Source: an uncultured Dehalococcoidia bacterium
GTDB taxonomy: Bacteria > Chloroflexota > Dehalococcoidia > GIF9 > UBA5629
Direction of reading: 5' to 3'
NCBI GenBank assembly: GCA_903844685.1
Contig: CAIMUM010000194.1
Location: forward strand, 17,292 to 81,291
DNA: 64,000 nucleotides
Positions within the stretch are counted from its first letter, which is position 1. Each line of letters starts with the position of its first letter. A program made the position numbers and the translations under genes. Below are positions 1 through 10,312 of the stretch, in pieces. The notes under the pieces were generated by a model. It was not told the DNA's origin, did no database searches, and saw nothing but the letters and a program-made list of their open reading frames with translations.

Positions 1-942
1 CGCGGGCTCTCCGGGGCTAACGGCGGCATCGGCATCATCACAAAGGCCGCAGTCAAGATGACCCCCTGGTATGGACCTCCATCCATCAAGCCGCAAGGCA
101 AACCCAATATTTATCAATACAACGTCCCCGAGAATTTCATCGTGCACCAACTTGTTTTTCCCGGACGGGAACAGATGAACGACTTCTACCGCGCCGTCGT
201 TGAGGAAGGCATCGCGCACGGGCTGCAGCGCAATGGTGTGGCCGTGGCCCTGATGCTGGTAACGTCGTCCAACGACGATTTCTGGGATGCCATCAAGGAC
301 TCTCCCCCCGAGATGGCGGAAGTTTACAAATTCGCCGGCAGCATATTGGTGGACTCCGCTTCGCCTCGGGAACTGGCCTACCGTACCAAGCTGCTTGACT
401 CCATGCTGGATAAATGGGAGATAATGAGCTTTCCGCTCGATGACACGCTGAAGGCAAACCTGTTCTACAACCTCGTGACCGGCCAGGGTACGCAACGCGC
501 CTTCCGGCTGTCAGGCTCCTTCCTTTCCGGTTTCGGCAACCAGGAGGCCTGGGACGCCATGAGTAATGCGTCACGCCGCGCCGCCGAGGACATCTGGGCC
601 AAGTACGAAGCAGGGGGCAAGGTGGCAGCGGCGGGTGAGGCGCCCTGGGGCGCCGCCTTGGGCGACACCTGCTCCCACGTGGAAAGCGTCGTTGTCTACG
701 ATCAGCTCGATCCCGAGTCCGTTCAGGCCGCACGTGATATCATCCTGGAATGCGACGAAAAAATGCCCAAATGGCACCTGGGCATGGGCTCGTTCGAAGG
801 CTGCCTCAGCGTCGGCGCGCGAGCGCAGAAGTTGGCCGCACCCTACTGCCTGGACTTTATGAAATACGAAAAACAGGTGAAGAAGCTATTAGACCCCAAC
901 CTGGCCGCCGAGGCCAGCTGGTATGTGATGCCGGATGATTAA
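1..942 (+). CDS. FAD-linked oxidase (VAO/PCMH-type), 5'-truncated at the window edge; C-terminal domain
   Basis: The frame is open from base 1 (RGLSGANGGIGIITKAAVKM...), which resembles the FAD-linked oxidase motif that joins the FAD and C-terminal domains. The stop is at 942. The track start at 58 is an internal Met. Confidence 0.5.
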   Translation, partial: RGLSGANGGIGIITKAAVKMTPWYGPPSIKPQGKPNIYQYNVPENFIVHQLVFPGREQMNDFYRAVVEEGIAHGLQRNGVAVALMLVTSSNDDFWDAIKDSPPEMAEVYKFAGSILVDSASPRELAYRTKLLDSMLDKWEIMSFPLDDTLKANLFYNLVTGQGTQRAFRLSGSFLSGFGNQEAWDAMSNASRRAAEDIWAKYEAGGKVAAAGEAPWGAALGDTCSHVESVVVYDQLDPESVQAARDIILECDEKMPKWHLGMGSFEGCLSVGARAQKLAAPYCLDFMKYEKQVKKLLDPNLAAEASWYVMPDD

Positions 943-1030
943 GACCATACGATATTATTGCGAGCCACGCAGTGGCCCGGCAATCTTATGATTGCAGTGT
1001 TATCGCCCTAAGGGGGAGGTAGAACAAATC

Positions 1031-3007
1031 ATGATCGAATTTAAACTGTTGTTCAGCCCCTTCAATATTAAGGACCTGGAGCTCAGAAACCGCATCGTTA
1101 TGCCGCCCATGACCACCAATTTTGCCGCAGAGGACGGGGCCGTCACCGATAAGATGGTGGACTACTACGCGGCACGTGCGAAGGGCGGCGTGGGTTACGT
1201 CGTCGTAGAGGCCGCCTGCATCGAGCCTGCCGGCAAGCTTATGGCCTTCAGCCCGGGCATCTGGAATGATGCCATGGTGCCGGGCTGGAAGAGGCTGGCC
1301 GAAGCCTGCCACAAATATGGCGCCAAGATAGCATTACAGATCGCGCATGCCGGGCGCCAGACCACTCCCATGTTCACGGGTGAACCAACAAAGGGGGTAT
1401 CACCGCTGGCCGATCCGCTCACGGGAGAACTGCCGGTCGAGCTTACACTCGACGATATTAAAGACCTGCTGATCAAATATAAAGAAGCGGCGCGGAGGGC
1501 CGTGGAGGCCGGCTATGATGCAGTCGAGATCCACATGGCACACGGATACCTACTGGCGCAGTTCCTATCACCACATTTCAACCGGCGCACCGACCTGTAT
1601 GGTATCGGAATAGCTGGCCGGCTCAAATTCCCGCTTGAGGTCATAGCTGCCATGCGTGGGGTGGTCGGGAAGAATTACCCTCTGCAGTGCCGGCTCAATT
1701 TAGAGGAGGCCGTGCCGGGTGGCCGCAAGCTGCCCGAAACGCTGCTGCTCCTGCCGGTTTTGCAGGATGCGGGGATAGACTGTTTCCACTTCACCACATC
1801 GGTTTTCAGTGACCTCATTTACGCGCCGAAATTGCCTCAGTGGGCTTCCAATATCGCCAATATGGGCACACCGCTGGCCTGCTATACACACCTGGCTAAA
1901 CAGGCCAAAAGTGTGCTAAAAGTTCCTGTCATCGCCGCCAACCGTATCAAGGACCCGCTGACAGCGGAGATGGTATTGAGGGAGGGCCGCTGCGACCTGG
2001 TCTCTATGGGCCGAGCGCTCATCGCCGACCCCGAACTGCCCAACAAGGCCAGAGCCGGCGACATTGATGATATTAACCCCTGCATAGGCTGCAACGAGGG
2101 CTGCGTGCAGCGGCTCAACTTCGCTTCACCCATCACCTGCACTGTTAACCCGTCAGCAGGTAGAGAAAAGGAGTTTGAGATCAAGCCTGCCACTGTGAAG
2201 AAGAAGGTCTTCGTGGCCGGAGGCGGCCCAGGGGGCATGGAGGCTGCGCGAATAGCTGCCCTGAGAGGTCACAGAGTTACCCTTTATGAGAAATCTGACC
2301 GACTGGGGGGTCAGCTTAACCTGGCCTGTATGCCGCCTACCAAGCAGGAGCTGGCCGAGACGGTCTTCTGGCTCTCGCGCCAGGTTCACAAAACCGGGGT
2401 GAACGTAAAGCTCAATATTGAGCTGACGTCTGACGAGATCAGCAAAGGTAAGCCCGACGTTGTGATCATAGCCACGGGCGCCGGGCCGACGCAGGTGGAT
2501 ATCAAGGGTGCCGGCGGCAGTAACGTGGTAACCGCCTGGGATATTTTAAGCGGTAAGACCTGGGTCCCCTTCCGATTGGACCTCTCGCCTGCGAAAATAG
2601 TTGTGGTCGGCGGTGGCGAATTGGGCGCGGAGGTGGCAGACCTTTTGGCCGAGGGCAACAAGGCGGTCACAATCGTGGCTTCAAGCGAGGATATCGCCCT
2701 TGAGATCAACACGATGCTGCGCCCTGCGCTTTTATCGCGCCTGGCCTTCAATGGCGTCAAGATTATTACCGAAGCCCGGGTTAACGAGATCACCGAAGAT
2801 AGTGTCATCTATGAAAAAGACGGCTGTGAGGAAACCGTTACCGGCCTCGATGCAGTTGTACTGGCCATTGGAGTGAAACCTTCGGCTAAACTGGCGGAGG
2901 AGGCAAAGGGTAAGGTCGCGGAGCTATATATTATCGGTGATGCCAAGGAGCAGCGCAAGGCCCTGGATGCGATCGCAGAGGGCGCGGATGTGGGACGGAC
3001 GATATGA
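1031..3007 (+). CDS. Old Yellow Enzyme-family NADH:flavin oxidoreductase with C-terminal FAD/NAD(P) domain (2,4-dienoyl-CoA reductase / enoate reductase-like)
   Basis: The N-terminal TIM-barrel OYE motifs are present (PPMTTNFA, HMAHGYLLAQFLSP). CIGCNEGC is the 4Fe-4S Cys cluster. GGGPGGMEAA and VVGGGELGAEVA are dinucleotide folds. The start was moved to the ATG at 1031, which lies behind AGGGGGAGG. Confidence 0.8.
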   Translation: MIEFKLLFSPFNIKDLELRNRIVMPPMTTNFAAEDGAVTDKMVDYYAARAKGGVGYVVVEAACIEPAGKLMAFSPGIWNDAMVPGWKRLAEACHKYGAKIALQIAHAGRQTTPMFTGEPTKGVSPLADPLTGELPVELTLDDIKDLLIKYKEAARRAVEAGYDAVEIHMAHGYLLAQFLSPHFNRRTDLYGIGIAGRLKFPLEVIAAMRGVVGKNYPLQCRLNLEEAVPGGRKLPETLLLLPVLQDAGIDCFHFTTSVFSDLIYAPKLPQWASNIANMGTPLACYTHLAKQAKSVLKVPVIAANRIKDPLTAEMVLREGRCDLVSMGRALIADPELPNKARAGDIDDINPCIGCNEGCVQRLNFASPITCTVNPSAGREKEFEIKPATVKKKVFVAGGGPGGMEAARIAALRGHRVTLYEKSDRLGGQLNLACMPPTKQELAETVFWLSRQVHKTGVNVKLNIELTSDEISKGKPDVVIIATGAGPTQVDIKGAGGSNVVTAWDILSGKTWVPFRLDLSPAKIVVVGGGELGAEVADLLAEGNKAVTIVASSEDIALEINTMLRPALLSRLAFNGVKIITEARVNEITEDSVIYEKDGCEETVTGLDAVVLAIGVKPSAKLAEEAKGKVAELYIIGDAKEQRKALDAIAEGADVGRTI

Positions 3008-3017
3008 TATGGTGATT

Positions 3018-4334
3018 TTAGACACCGGACCCTTTGACGAAATCCGTCATCGCTCTGACGTTTTCCACCTTGGCCTCATCAGGGATACCTATATCGCCAT
3101 CCACAATCAGGCCCCCGTTCCTGCCGACGACATCGATCAGCTTTTTGCAGTATTGCCTGACTTGTTCGGGCGTGCCAGTGCACATGAGCGATGCGGGTAT
3201 GTTGCCCTTGATACAGACGCGGTCGCCCAATACCTTTTTGGCCTTGAAAATGTCGGTCCTCTCAAACCAGTAGATGGCTTTCCCGGCAGGGATATCCTTG
3301 ATTATCTCCAGCCGGTCGGTATAATCCGCCTCGAAACACGGCATGGGCACCAAACCCTGCTCGATCAAAGCCAGCATCAGCTTATGGAGTGTAGGCCAGT
3401 AAAAGGTCTTGAATTGCTCTTGTGACATGAAGCCCATCTGGCCCTTGTGGAGCGGTATGAATACCACGGGACTCAGCGATGTCATGCTGGAAGAGATCCC
3501 CATTTGAATGGCGGTCGGCAGCAGTTTATCCAGCGCCTTGAGCAGCTTGTCGGGTTGACGGTACATATCCAGCATTATCCCATGTGTACCCCTCAAGGAA
3601 TCGCCGATGGTATCGAACGGCGCCTGTGAAGCCCCGCCCATCATAATCGGGAATCCCATCGCCTGCATCTCGGCATTGAAGGTACCGACGCTGATAGCGA
3701 GCTTCATAAATTCCGCCTGTGCCTTGATTATAGACTCGAGGGCAGAAACCGCCCCGGTGAATGCCACCCCGGCCATCATCATGGTGATACCCAGGTGATA
3801 AGGCACTATCATGGTCAGCGGCGGCAGCAACTGGAGCGGCGCCAACGTACCGCAAATGCGGGGTAGATAAGCCCTGACCAAGAAATCGGAGGGATCATCA
3901 AGGAAAGCGTCATATTCGTTGGCCTTCATGTATTCGCCTTCCACAAACTGGTAGGTGCGGTTGGCGGCCACTCCGTGCCCAGGCCATTTAAGCTGCTTGT
4001 AGTCCAGCGCTTCCAACATGTTCCCACACAGGGTGTTTATGTGGTTCATTGCTGTGTCCCATTGAAAGTCCACCGCCACTTTCTTGAAGGCAGCGTAGGC
4101 TTTATCGGGATCATACATTACATCTTGCATCGTCATACCTGTATATTGAGCGGGAAAGAAAGTCACCAGGGGCGCTATGGGCACCCGGTCCGGTATTTTA
4201 AGCTGGATGACATCCGAGATTCTGCGGGATCTTTGCCTATAATCCTGCTCTGCCTGCGGGCTGGCGAACGCTATACCGGGAGCCGAGCACCATAGATCCA
4301 GTTTTTCTTTTGTCGTATCAACGTTGGTTTCCAT
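3018..4334 (-). CDS. Uroporphyrinogen decarboxylase (URO-D) family methyltransferase (MtaA/CmuA/MT-I-like)
   Basis: URO-D fold similarity over the whole 438 aa. A GGGGGAGG RBS precedes the start. A corrinoid protein gene lies immediately upstream in the same orientation. Confidence 0.65.
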   Translation of the reverse strand: METNVDTTKEKLDLWCSAPGIAFASPQAEQDYRQRSRRISDVIQLKIPDRVPIAPLVTFFPAQYTGMTMQDVMYDPDKAYAAFKKVAVDFQWDTAMNHINTLCGNMLEALDYKQLKWPGHGVAANRTYQFVEGEYMKANEYDAFLDDPSDFLVRAYLPRICGTLAPLQLLPPLTMIVPYHLGITMMMAGVAFTGAVSALESIIKAQAEFMKLAISVGTFNAEMQAMGFPIMMGGASQAPFDTIGDSLRGTHGIMLDMYRQPDKLLKALDKLLPTAIQMGISSSMTSLSPVVFIPLHKGQMGFMSQEQFKTFYWPTLHKLMLALIEQGLVPMPCFEADYTDRLEIIKDIPAGKAIYWFERTDIFKAKKVLGDRVCIKGNIPASLMCTGTPEQVRQYCKKLIDVVGRNGGLIVDGDIGIPDEAKVENVRAMTDFVKGSGV

Positions 4335-4362
4335 CGTTATCGCCTCCCCCGATATTACGCTT

Positions 4363-4995
4363 TCATTTAGTCCCCACCCACTTTTTGGCCAGGGCTACAC
4401 CTGCCATGGCATCCATCCCATATGCATCAGCACCAGTATACTTCCTGATATCATCGTTCATCTGCCCACCGCCGATCATGATCTTCACCTTGTCACGTAG
4501 CCCGGCAGCTTTTACAGCCTCTACAGTCTCTCTCATGGCATCGAAAGCAAACGTCAGGAAGCCGCTTAACCCCACAACTCTACTACCGGTCTGCTTTATT
4601 TTATCGACAAAATTTTGAGGCACCTGGTCGACTCCGATATCGTATACTTCAAAACCATTGACGTCCAGCATGAAGGAGACAATATTCTTGCCAATATCAT
4701 GTATATCACCGGACACTGTGCCTATGATGACCTTGCCCAACCGATTGATGTCCTGCACTTTGGCCAATTTTGGTTTCACAAGTTCCGCTATTTCCTTCGC
4801 AATCTCGCCTGAATATATCAGTTCAGGGATAAAATACTCATTTTTCGCAAACCGCTTGCCCACAATTTCCATGGCTTTCCGGCTGTCATCGAGAATTAAT
4901 AACGGGTCTTCACCGGCATCCAGCCTCCTCCTAACAATTGTCAGAGTTTCCTGTTCCTTCAGATTCGCCATTAAGTTAATCAATTCGTTTGACAT
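4363..4995 (-). CDS. Cobalamin-binding corrinoid protein (MtaC/MtbC-like)
   Basis: The DxHxxG B12-binding motif (GDIHDIGKNIV) and the Rossmann-type B12 domain follow an N-terminal helical cap. The start was set to the second Met (MSNELI). Confidence 0.8.
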   Translation of the reverse strand: MSNELINLMANLKEQETLTIVRRRLDAGEDPLLILDDSRKAMEIVGKRFAKNEYFIPELIYSGEIAKEIAELVKPKLAKVQDINRLGKVIIGTVSGDIHDIGKNIVSFMLDVNGFEVYDIGVDQVPQNFVDKIKQTGSRVVGLSGFLTFAFDAMRETVEAVKAAGLRDKVKIMIGGGQMNDDIRKYTGADAYGMDAMAGVALAKKWVGTK

Positions 4996-5300
4996 CAACT
5001 AAATAACCCCCTTTGGAAACAGTGTTACATTCTACTATCATTGGCAGAACCACCTCCAAATCAATGGTAGTATTGTACGGCAAAAGCGTAACATAAATAT
5101 GCAAAGCGAGCATCTATTTGCTACATGTATGATGGTTGCTAATAAGTCTACCACGCTGTGCGCCGCCGTTATACTCATCACACACGATGCTCATTAATTC
5201 CAAATTTAGGATTTTGTTTATGCGATACCAACGCATAATGTAATTTATATAACTTGTTCACCGCCTATATGAAGTTAGACATATAATTATCAACCTCAGT

Positions 5301-6710
5301 TTACAAACCTTTCTCAAACTCAATAGCAATGACAGTCGCGTGAGGTTCGATGACTGATTCAGGCACCATGATTACAATATCACCCACGGGGTCATTGAAT
5401 TTGACCAGCTCTTTGCGGATTTGGTCAAACAGCGTGATGCGTTTGGTGTATTGCAGCTCAGTCCCTGATCCCAGCACATACACTGCCTTAACCTTGTTAA
5501 CATGCACGCTGCGCACCGTGACTGACTCGTAAGGCTTTGAAAGCAGGTGAAGGTAGACGGTGTTTCCTTTCTGCGTGGACGGACCGTAGAATTGCCATGC
5601 CTCCAGTCCCGGTTTGGTGCCGATGATACTGTCATGATTGCGTGCCATCCAGGCAGCCATATCGTTTAAACGCTGCATTTGTTCGGGCGGAAGCTGGCCA
5701 TTCCCCATAGGACTGACATTCAGCAGCAGGTGACCTCCCTTGCCGGCAATCTCGCAGAGCGTCTGGATAAGCACGGTAGAAGATTTATACGATGGATCGT
5801 CTTTATTGTAGCCCCAGGAATCGTTCATGGTCAGGCACGTTTCCCAGGGGCGTGAAGGTGGTACGGCCGGCAAGAACTTTTCTGGCGTGTCGAAATCTCC
5901 CTGGCCGGGCAGGCGGTCATTGATCTTTATGCCTGGTTGCAGCGAACGTATCATGGCTGCAAGCTCCTGAGCCTTCCAATCAGTGGGCTTATGCTCCCAT
6001 TGGCCATCAAACCAGATTTCATCGATTTTACCGTAGTTGGTAAGTATTTCCCGCACCTGGCCAAACATAAAAGCCAGGTAATTTTCCCACCTCTCTGGGG
6101 AAGGCAAGGGTGCGCCGGTATAATAGTGATAAGGCTTATCAGCATCAGTTATAGCCGGGTAGTCTGGGTGGTGCCAGTCTGCCAGGGAATAATACAGCCC
6201 GACGCCCATACCCTCAGACCGTACGGCGTCAACGTACTCACGTATCAGGTCCCTGCCGACAGGTGAACGCATAACCGAGAAATCCGAGAGTTTAGTATCA
6301 TACATCGCGTAACCGTCGCAGTGCTTGGTGATCATGACAGCATACTGTGCACCGGCTTTCTTGAAAAGCCGGGCTAAGGCAACCGGGTCCCATTTGCTTG
6401 GGTTGAAGCTAGCCGCGCTGCTCTGATACTGCTCGACAGTCATGCTCTGGCAATAAGGCATAGTGGAAGTCCCTCCCACAAGGGGCCAGGAAAGTTCCAC
6501 GCCCTGCTGTGAAGAGTGCGACCAGTGTATAAAGATGCCGAGCCGAGCATCTTCCCAGGTGGTGAAGTTATCCCCGGTATATGCCGCCGCAGATGGCGCC
6601 TGCACGGGGGCTGAAGTACAACCCGACGTAGCGAGGAATAATGCACAAAACAGAATCGAAACAGGCAAAATACAGTAATTCCACCAGGTAACACGTATTA
6701 ACTTCGCCAT
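5301..6710 (-). CDS. Alpha-L-fucosidase, GH29 family, with N-terminal signal peptide (possible lipoprotein)
   Basis: GH29 signatures are present (HWSHSS, MITKHCDGYAMYDT, EIWFDGQWE). The N-terminus is hydrophobic and ends ...LATSGC. Confidence 0.8.
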   Translation of the reverse strand: MAKLIRVTWWNYCILPVSILFCALFLATSGCTSAPVQAPSAAAYTGDNFTTWEDARLGIFIHWSHSSQQGVELSWPLVGGTSTMPYCQSMTVEQYQSSAASFNPSKWDPVALARLFKKAGAQYAVMITKHCDGYAMYDTKLSDFSVMRSPVGRDLIREYVDAVRSEGMGVGLYYSLADWHHPDYPAITDADKPYHYYTGAPLPSPERWENYLAFMFGQVREILTNYGKIDEIWFDGQWEHKPTDWKAQELAAMIRSLQPGIKINDRLPGQGDFDTPEKFLPAVPPSRPWETCLTMNDSWGYNKDDPSYKSSTVLIQTLCEIAGKGGHLLLNVSPMGNGQLPPEQMQRLNDMAAWMARNHDSIIGTKPGLEAWQFYGPSTQKGNTVYLHLLSKPYESVTVRSVHVNKVKAVYVLGSGTELQYTKRITLFDQIRKELVKFNDPVGDIVIMVPESVIEPHATVIAIEFEKGL

Positions 6711-6737
6711 CCTACCTCCAATGCTTGCTAATTCGGA

Positions 6738-6920
6738 TTACTTCGGCAGCGGCATCGTAACGCCGCCCACCGGGTGGTCCACGTCCCACAGCGGGTTATC
6801 ATTCAGATAAACCATTTCGGACCCTCTCACTATGCCCATACCACAGAGATAACCTACCACCACAGGTGAGCTGTAGGTCTTCTCTCCAGGTGCCCCCCCG
6901 TTAAATATTATCTCAGACGC
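6738..6920 (-). pseudogene. C-terminal remnant (~60 aa) of a LivK-family substrate-binding protein
   Basis: ...YSSPVVVGYLCGMGIVRGSEMVYLNDNPLWDVDHPVGG aligns with the C-terminus of the intact SBP at 10313..11587 (...YGSPVVFGFPCAMSIIKGNESVYLNEEPLWDVDHPLVN). The upstream part of the frame overlaps livF and has no homology. Confidence 0.55.
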
Positions 6921-7629
6921 CGAGGTAAGCCCTCTTGACTTCGTCATCATTGAGCAGTTGTGCGCTCGTGCCTTCCTTGCGCAGTTCGCCGTTTTCCAGT
7001 ACGTAACCGTAGTTGGCCAGGCTGAGACCCATACGGGCGTTCTGCTCCACCAGCAGCAGTGTCTTGCCCTCATTGTGCAACGCCTTCAACTGCCTGGAAA
7101 GCTGCTGGCAGAAGATAGGGCTAAGACCCAGCGAAGGCTCATCAAGCAAAATCATCTTCGGATTAGCCATCATAGCCCGCCCGATGGCCAGCATCTGCTG
7201 CTGTCCCCCGCTCAAGCGGATTCCCTTGGCTGTGGGACGCTCCTTCAGCGCCGGGAAGAGTCGGTAAACGTTTTCAAAGTTCTCGGCAATCTTCTTCTTG
7301 TCACGCTGCATGAAGGCCCCCACCATCAGGTTCTCTTTCACTGTGAGCAGCGGGAATATCTTTCTGCCCTCAGGGACCTGTATCACTCCCCTGCCGGCTA
7401 TCTGGGGTGGTGTGAGCCGGTCAATGCGCTCGCCGTTGAACCAGATCTCACCTTTTGCCGGTTTGACCAGCCCGCTGATAGCGTTGAATACGGACGATTT
7501 GCCGGCCCCGTTGGCCCCGATCACGGTGACGAAGTCACGCTCGGTTACCCTGAGCGATACCCCTCTAACCGCCTCCACACCCAAATAGCTTATGTAAACA
7601 TCTTTCAGCTCAAGCAGTGCTTCAGTCAT
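6913..7629 (-). CDS. livF: Branched-chain amino acid-type ABC transporter ATP-binding protein LivF
   Basis: Walker A (GANGAGKS), the ABC signature (LSGGQQQML) and Walker B (LLDEP) are present. It is the last gene of the liv-like operon. Confidence 0.85.
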   Translation of the reverse strand: MTEALLELKDVYISYLGVEAVRGVSLRVTERDFVTVIGANGAGKSSVFNAISGLVKPAKGEIWFNGERIDRLTPPQIAGRGVIQVPEGRKIFPLLTVKENLMVGAFMQRDKKKIAENFENVYRLFPALKERPTAKGIRLSGGQQQMLAIGRAMMANPKMILLDEPSLGLSPIFCQQLSRQLKALHNEGKTLLLVEQNARMGLSLANYGYVLENGELRKEGTSAQLLNDDEVKRAYLGV

Positions 7630-7631
7630 TG

Positions 7632-8390
7632 TTACTCCACCCCCAGGTAGGCCTCGATCACGTCCTGCCGTTTCAGCACCTCTTGGCCTGATCCGTCAGC
7701 TATCTTGTGCCCGAAGTTGAGCACAATGATACGTGGGCACAGACTGAGGACGGTCTTGATATTATGTTCCACCAGTATGATGGTCACACCACGTTCAATA
7801 ATCTTCTTGATATTCGCCAGCACGATCTCCATTTCGTAGGCATCCATCCCCGCCAGCGGCTCGTCCAGCAGCAGCACGTCCGGGTCGGCCGCCAGTGCCA
7901 TGGCCATGCCCAGTGATCTCTGCTTGCCGTGTGGCAGTCCCTGCGCCAGCGAGAAGCTGAAATCGCCCAGTCCGAATAGTTGCACGATCTCCGACGCTTT
8001 GGCCCACAGTTCCTTATTCTCTTTGACCCAGGCCGGCGTGTTGAAGAATGATTGCCAATAATTTGTTTTCGCGGTGAGGTAGCAGGTGCGGTATACATTT
8101 TCCAGCGTCACGGTGTCCCAGTAGACTATGTTCTGCTGGAAGGTACGTATGATGCCCATCCGGGCTATCTGGTCAGGCCGCATCCCGCTAATCTTGCGCC
8201 CTTTATAAAGGACCTCTCCACCCGACGAGTGGTAGTAGCCGCTGATGACATTGAGCAGCGTGGTCTTGCCCGACCCGTTGGGCCCCACGATACCCAACAC
8301 CTCACCCTTATTTACGCTGAGTTCGATATCGTCCAGCGCGAGCAGGCTGCCAAAGGCCTTCTTAACGTGATCTAATTTAAGCAGGGGCAT
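7632..8390 (-). CDS. livG: ABC transporter ATP-binding protein LivG
   Basis: Walker A is GPNGSGKTT. The LivG-type extended C-terminus is present. It overlaps the livM stop. Confidence 0.85.
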   Translation of the reverse strand: MPLLKLDHVKKAFGSLLALDDIELSVNKGEVLGIVGPNGSGKTTLLNVISGYYHSSGGEVLYKGRKISGMRPDQIARMGIIRTFQQNIVYWDTVTLENVYRTCYLTAKTNYWQSFFNTPAWVKENKELWAKASEIVQLFGLGDFSFSLAQGLPHGKQRSLGMAMALAADPDVLLLDEPLAGMDAYEMEIVLANIKKIIERGVTIILVEHNIKTVLSLCPRIIVLNFGHKIADGSGQEVLKRQDVIEAYLGVE

Positions 8391-9387
8391 CCGGCACCTT
8401 TCCCTTCTTTTTAAACAGGCTCTTGACCCACGCAGGGAACCTGTACTGCAATTCGACCAGCCCGTTGGGCATGAACCAGATCAACACGATGACAAGTACC
8501 CCGAAGACCAGCGGCCGCAGGCCTTCCAAATGTATCTGCATCATTGTGCCAAAATAGCTGACGATAATCGCGCCGATGATTGGGCCGGATACCGCCGACC
8601 ACAACCCGCCGATCACACACATGATCAGGGCCACCGTGGACTGCGCCCCGGAAAACAGCGGCGGCCCCACCCAGGACAGGTAATAAACGTAAAACGCGCC
8701 GGCTACGCCCGTCACAAAGGCGGCCAGCGTGAACATGATGACGCGGTATTTCATCAAATGTATGCCGGCATGCTCCGACATGACCGGCGCCACCGCCACG
8801 CTCCTGACAACGGTGCCCAGGCGGCTGCGGTCGATACGCCAGAACATTAATGCGGCCATTATCACCAGCAACACTATAATGTAGTAATAAGGCAGCTTGG
8901 TGGTGGCAAAGTTGATGGTAAGCTCGCCTATCTTAACTATGGGTGCGTCGACGGCGATTCCCGTCATACCCGAGGTCACGGAATCCCAGTTCTTGGCGAT
9001 GATGATGGCTATCTCGCCCAGCGCCAGCGTGGCGATGGAGAAGTACAGCCCACCCATGCGCAATATCACGATGCCCAGCAGGAAGGCGACGATGGCCGAG
9101 CTTAACCCCCCACCCAACAGGGACAACCAGAATGGCAGCCCGGCCTTGCTGGCAAGGAGAGCGCCTGCATAGCCACCGACCGCCAGGAAGGCAGCCTGGC
9201 CCAGGCTGAACTGGCCGCTGCGGAACACCGCGGCGAACCCCAGGGCGAACAGGCACATCACCCCCGCCTCGATCAGGATCGAGAGAAGAAAGCGGTCCTT
9301 TACAATCAGCGGGAAGATAATTGTAAAAATGATAAAAGCCAGCAATAATATCAGCGGTAGCTTTGCTTTAAGTTTCGCTTTGTCCAT
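8377..9387 (-). CDS. livM: ABC transporter permease LivM
   Basis: Polytopic membrane protein of the LivM type. Confidence 0.8.
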   Translation of the reverse strand: MDKAKLKAKLPLILLLAFIIFTIIFPLIVKDRFLLSILIEAGVMCLFALGFAAVFRSGQFSLGQAAFLAVGGYAGALLASKAGLPFWLSLLGGGLSSAIVAFLLGIVILRMGGLYFSIATLALGEIAIIIAKNWDSVTSGMTGIAVDAPIVKIGELTINFATTKLPYYYIIVLLVIMAALMFWRIDRSRLGTVVRSVAVAPVMSEHAGIHLMKYRVIMFTLAAFVTGVAGAFYVYYLSWVGPPLFSGAQSTVALIMCVIGGLWSAVSGPIIGAIIVSYFGTMMQIHLEGLRPLVFGVLVIVLIWFMPNGLVELQYRFPAWVKSLFKKKGKVPDAPA

Positions 9388-9393
9388 CTTCCC

Positions 9394-10242
9394 TTATTTC
9401 TCCGATTGACCGAATAGCCCCTGAGGGCGAAATAGCAGTATTACAATTACAATACCGAATGAGATGAGCTGCGACCAGAAACCGATATAATAGGCCAGCA
9501 TGCTGCCGATCATACCCAGCACGATGCCGCCAACCACGGCGCCACCCAGGCTGCCCATACCCCCGATCACTATGGCCAGCAACGCCATTACCAGCGGCTG
9601 GCCGCCGATCCACGGGTCGACGTAAAACATGGGTGCCATGATACCACCCGCCAGCGCTGCCAACCCGCAGCCGATCCCCATCACCAGTGTTGAAACACGC
9701 GCCACCTGTATGCCGAATAACCCGGCCGCCACCGGCTGCTGCGCCGCCGCCCTCAGCGCCAGTCCCAGCCTTGTCCGCTGGATGAATAAGTAAAGAGCTA
9801 TAATCAAAATCACGGCGATGACCACAGTAGCCAGCCTCTCGCTGCTCAGGCTGACGCCGAAGATGTCGACATTGCCCGGGAAGGCAGATGTCACCGAATG
9901 TGGCGCCGGTCCGGCGATTAGCGTAATCAGGCCTTCAAATACCGATATCAACGCAATGGTGACCACCACCGCCTGGATAGGCTGCCCGATGGGGCGCATG
10001 ATGTACCTTTCGATTAGTATGCCCACGAATCCTACAATGGCAGCAGATAGCGCCAGGCTGATAAAAAAGTTGATGCCGGCCTGTTGGAACAGGTAGAAGA
10101 TGGCATAGGCGCCCAGCATATAGAACTGGCCGTGGGCAAAATTGAGTATGCCCATGATGCTGAACACCAGCACCAGGCCGGAGGCCATCAATATATACAT
10201 GGAGGACAGCACCAGGCTATCTATAAATATTGCTGGCGGCAT
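9394..10242 (-). CDS. livH: ABC transporter permease LivH
   Basis: Polytopic membrane protein of the LivH type. Confidence 0.8.
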   Translation of the reverse strand: MPPAIFIDSLVLSSMYILMASGLVLVFSIMGILNFAHGQFYMLGAYAIFYLFQQAGINFFISLALSAAIVGFVGILIERYIMRPIGQPIQAVVVTIALISVFEGLITLIAGPAPHSVTSAFPGNVDIFGVSLSSERLATVVIAVILIIALYLFIQRTRLGLALRAAAQQPVAAGLFGIQVARVSTLVMGIGCGLAALAGGIMAPMFYVDPWIGGQPLVMALLAIVIGGMGSLGGAVVGGIVLGMIGSMLAYYIGFWSQLISFGIVIVILLFRPQGLFGQSEK

Positions 10243-10312
10243 GGATAATCCTTAGCTATCAGTATCATTGACCTTGTTCTTATGCAACGCGTTTTTCCGG
10301 TCAAATGCAATC

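Noticed and set aside
293-733. 146-aa Arg/Pro-rich ORF antisense to the FAD-oxidase gene, plus similar ORFs at 465..668, 566..862 and 750..938
   Set aside because: These are shadow ORFs in GC-rich coding DNA. They have a low-complexity RRPR composition, no RBS and no homology. The sense-strand gene has clear family motifs.
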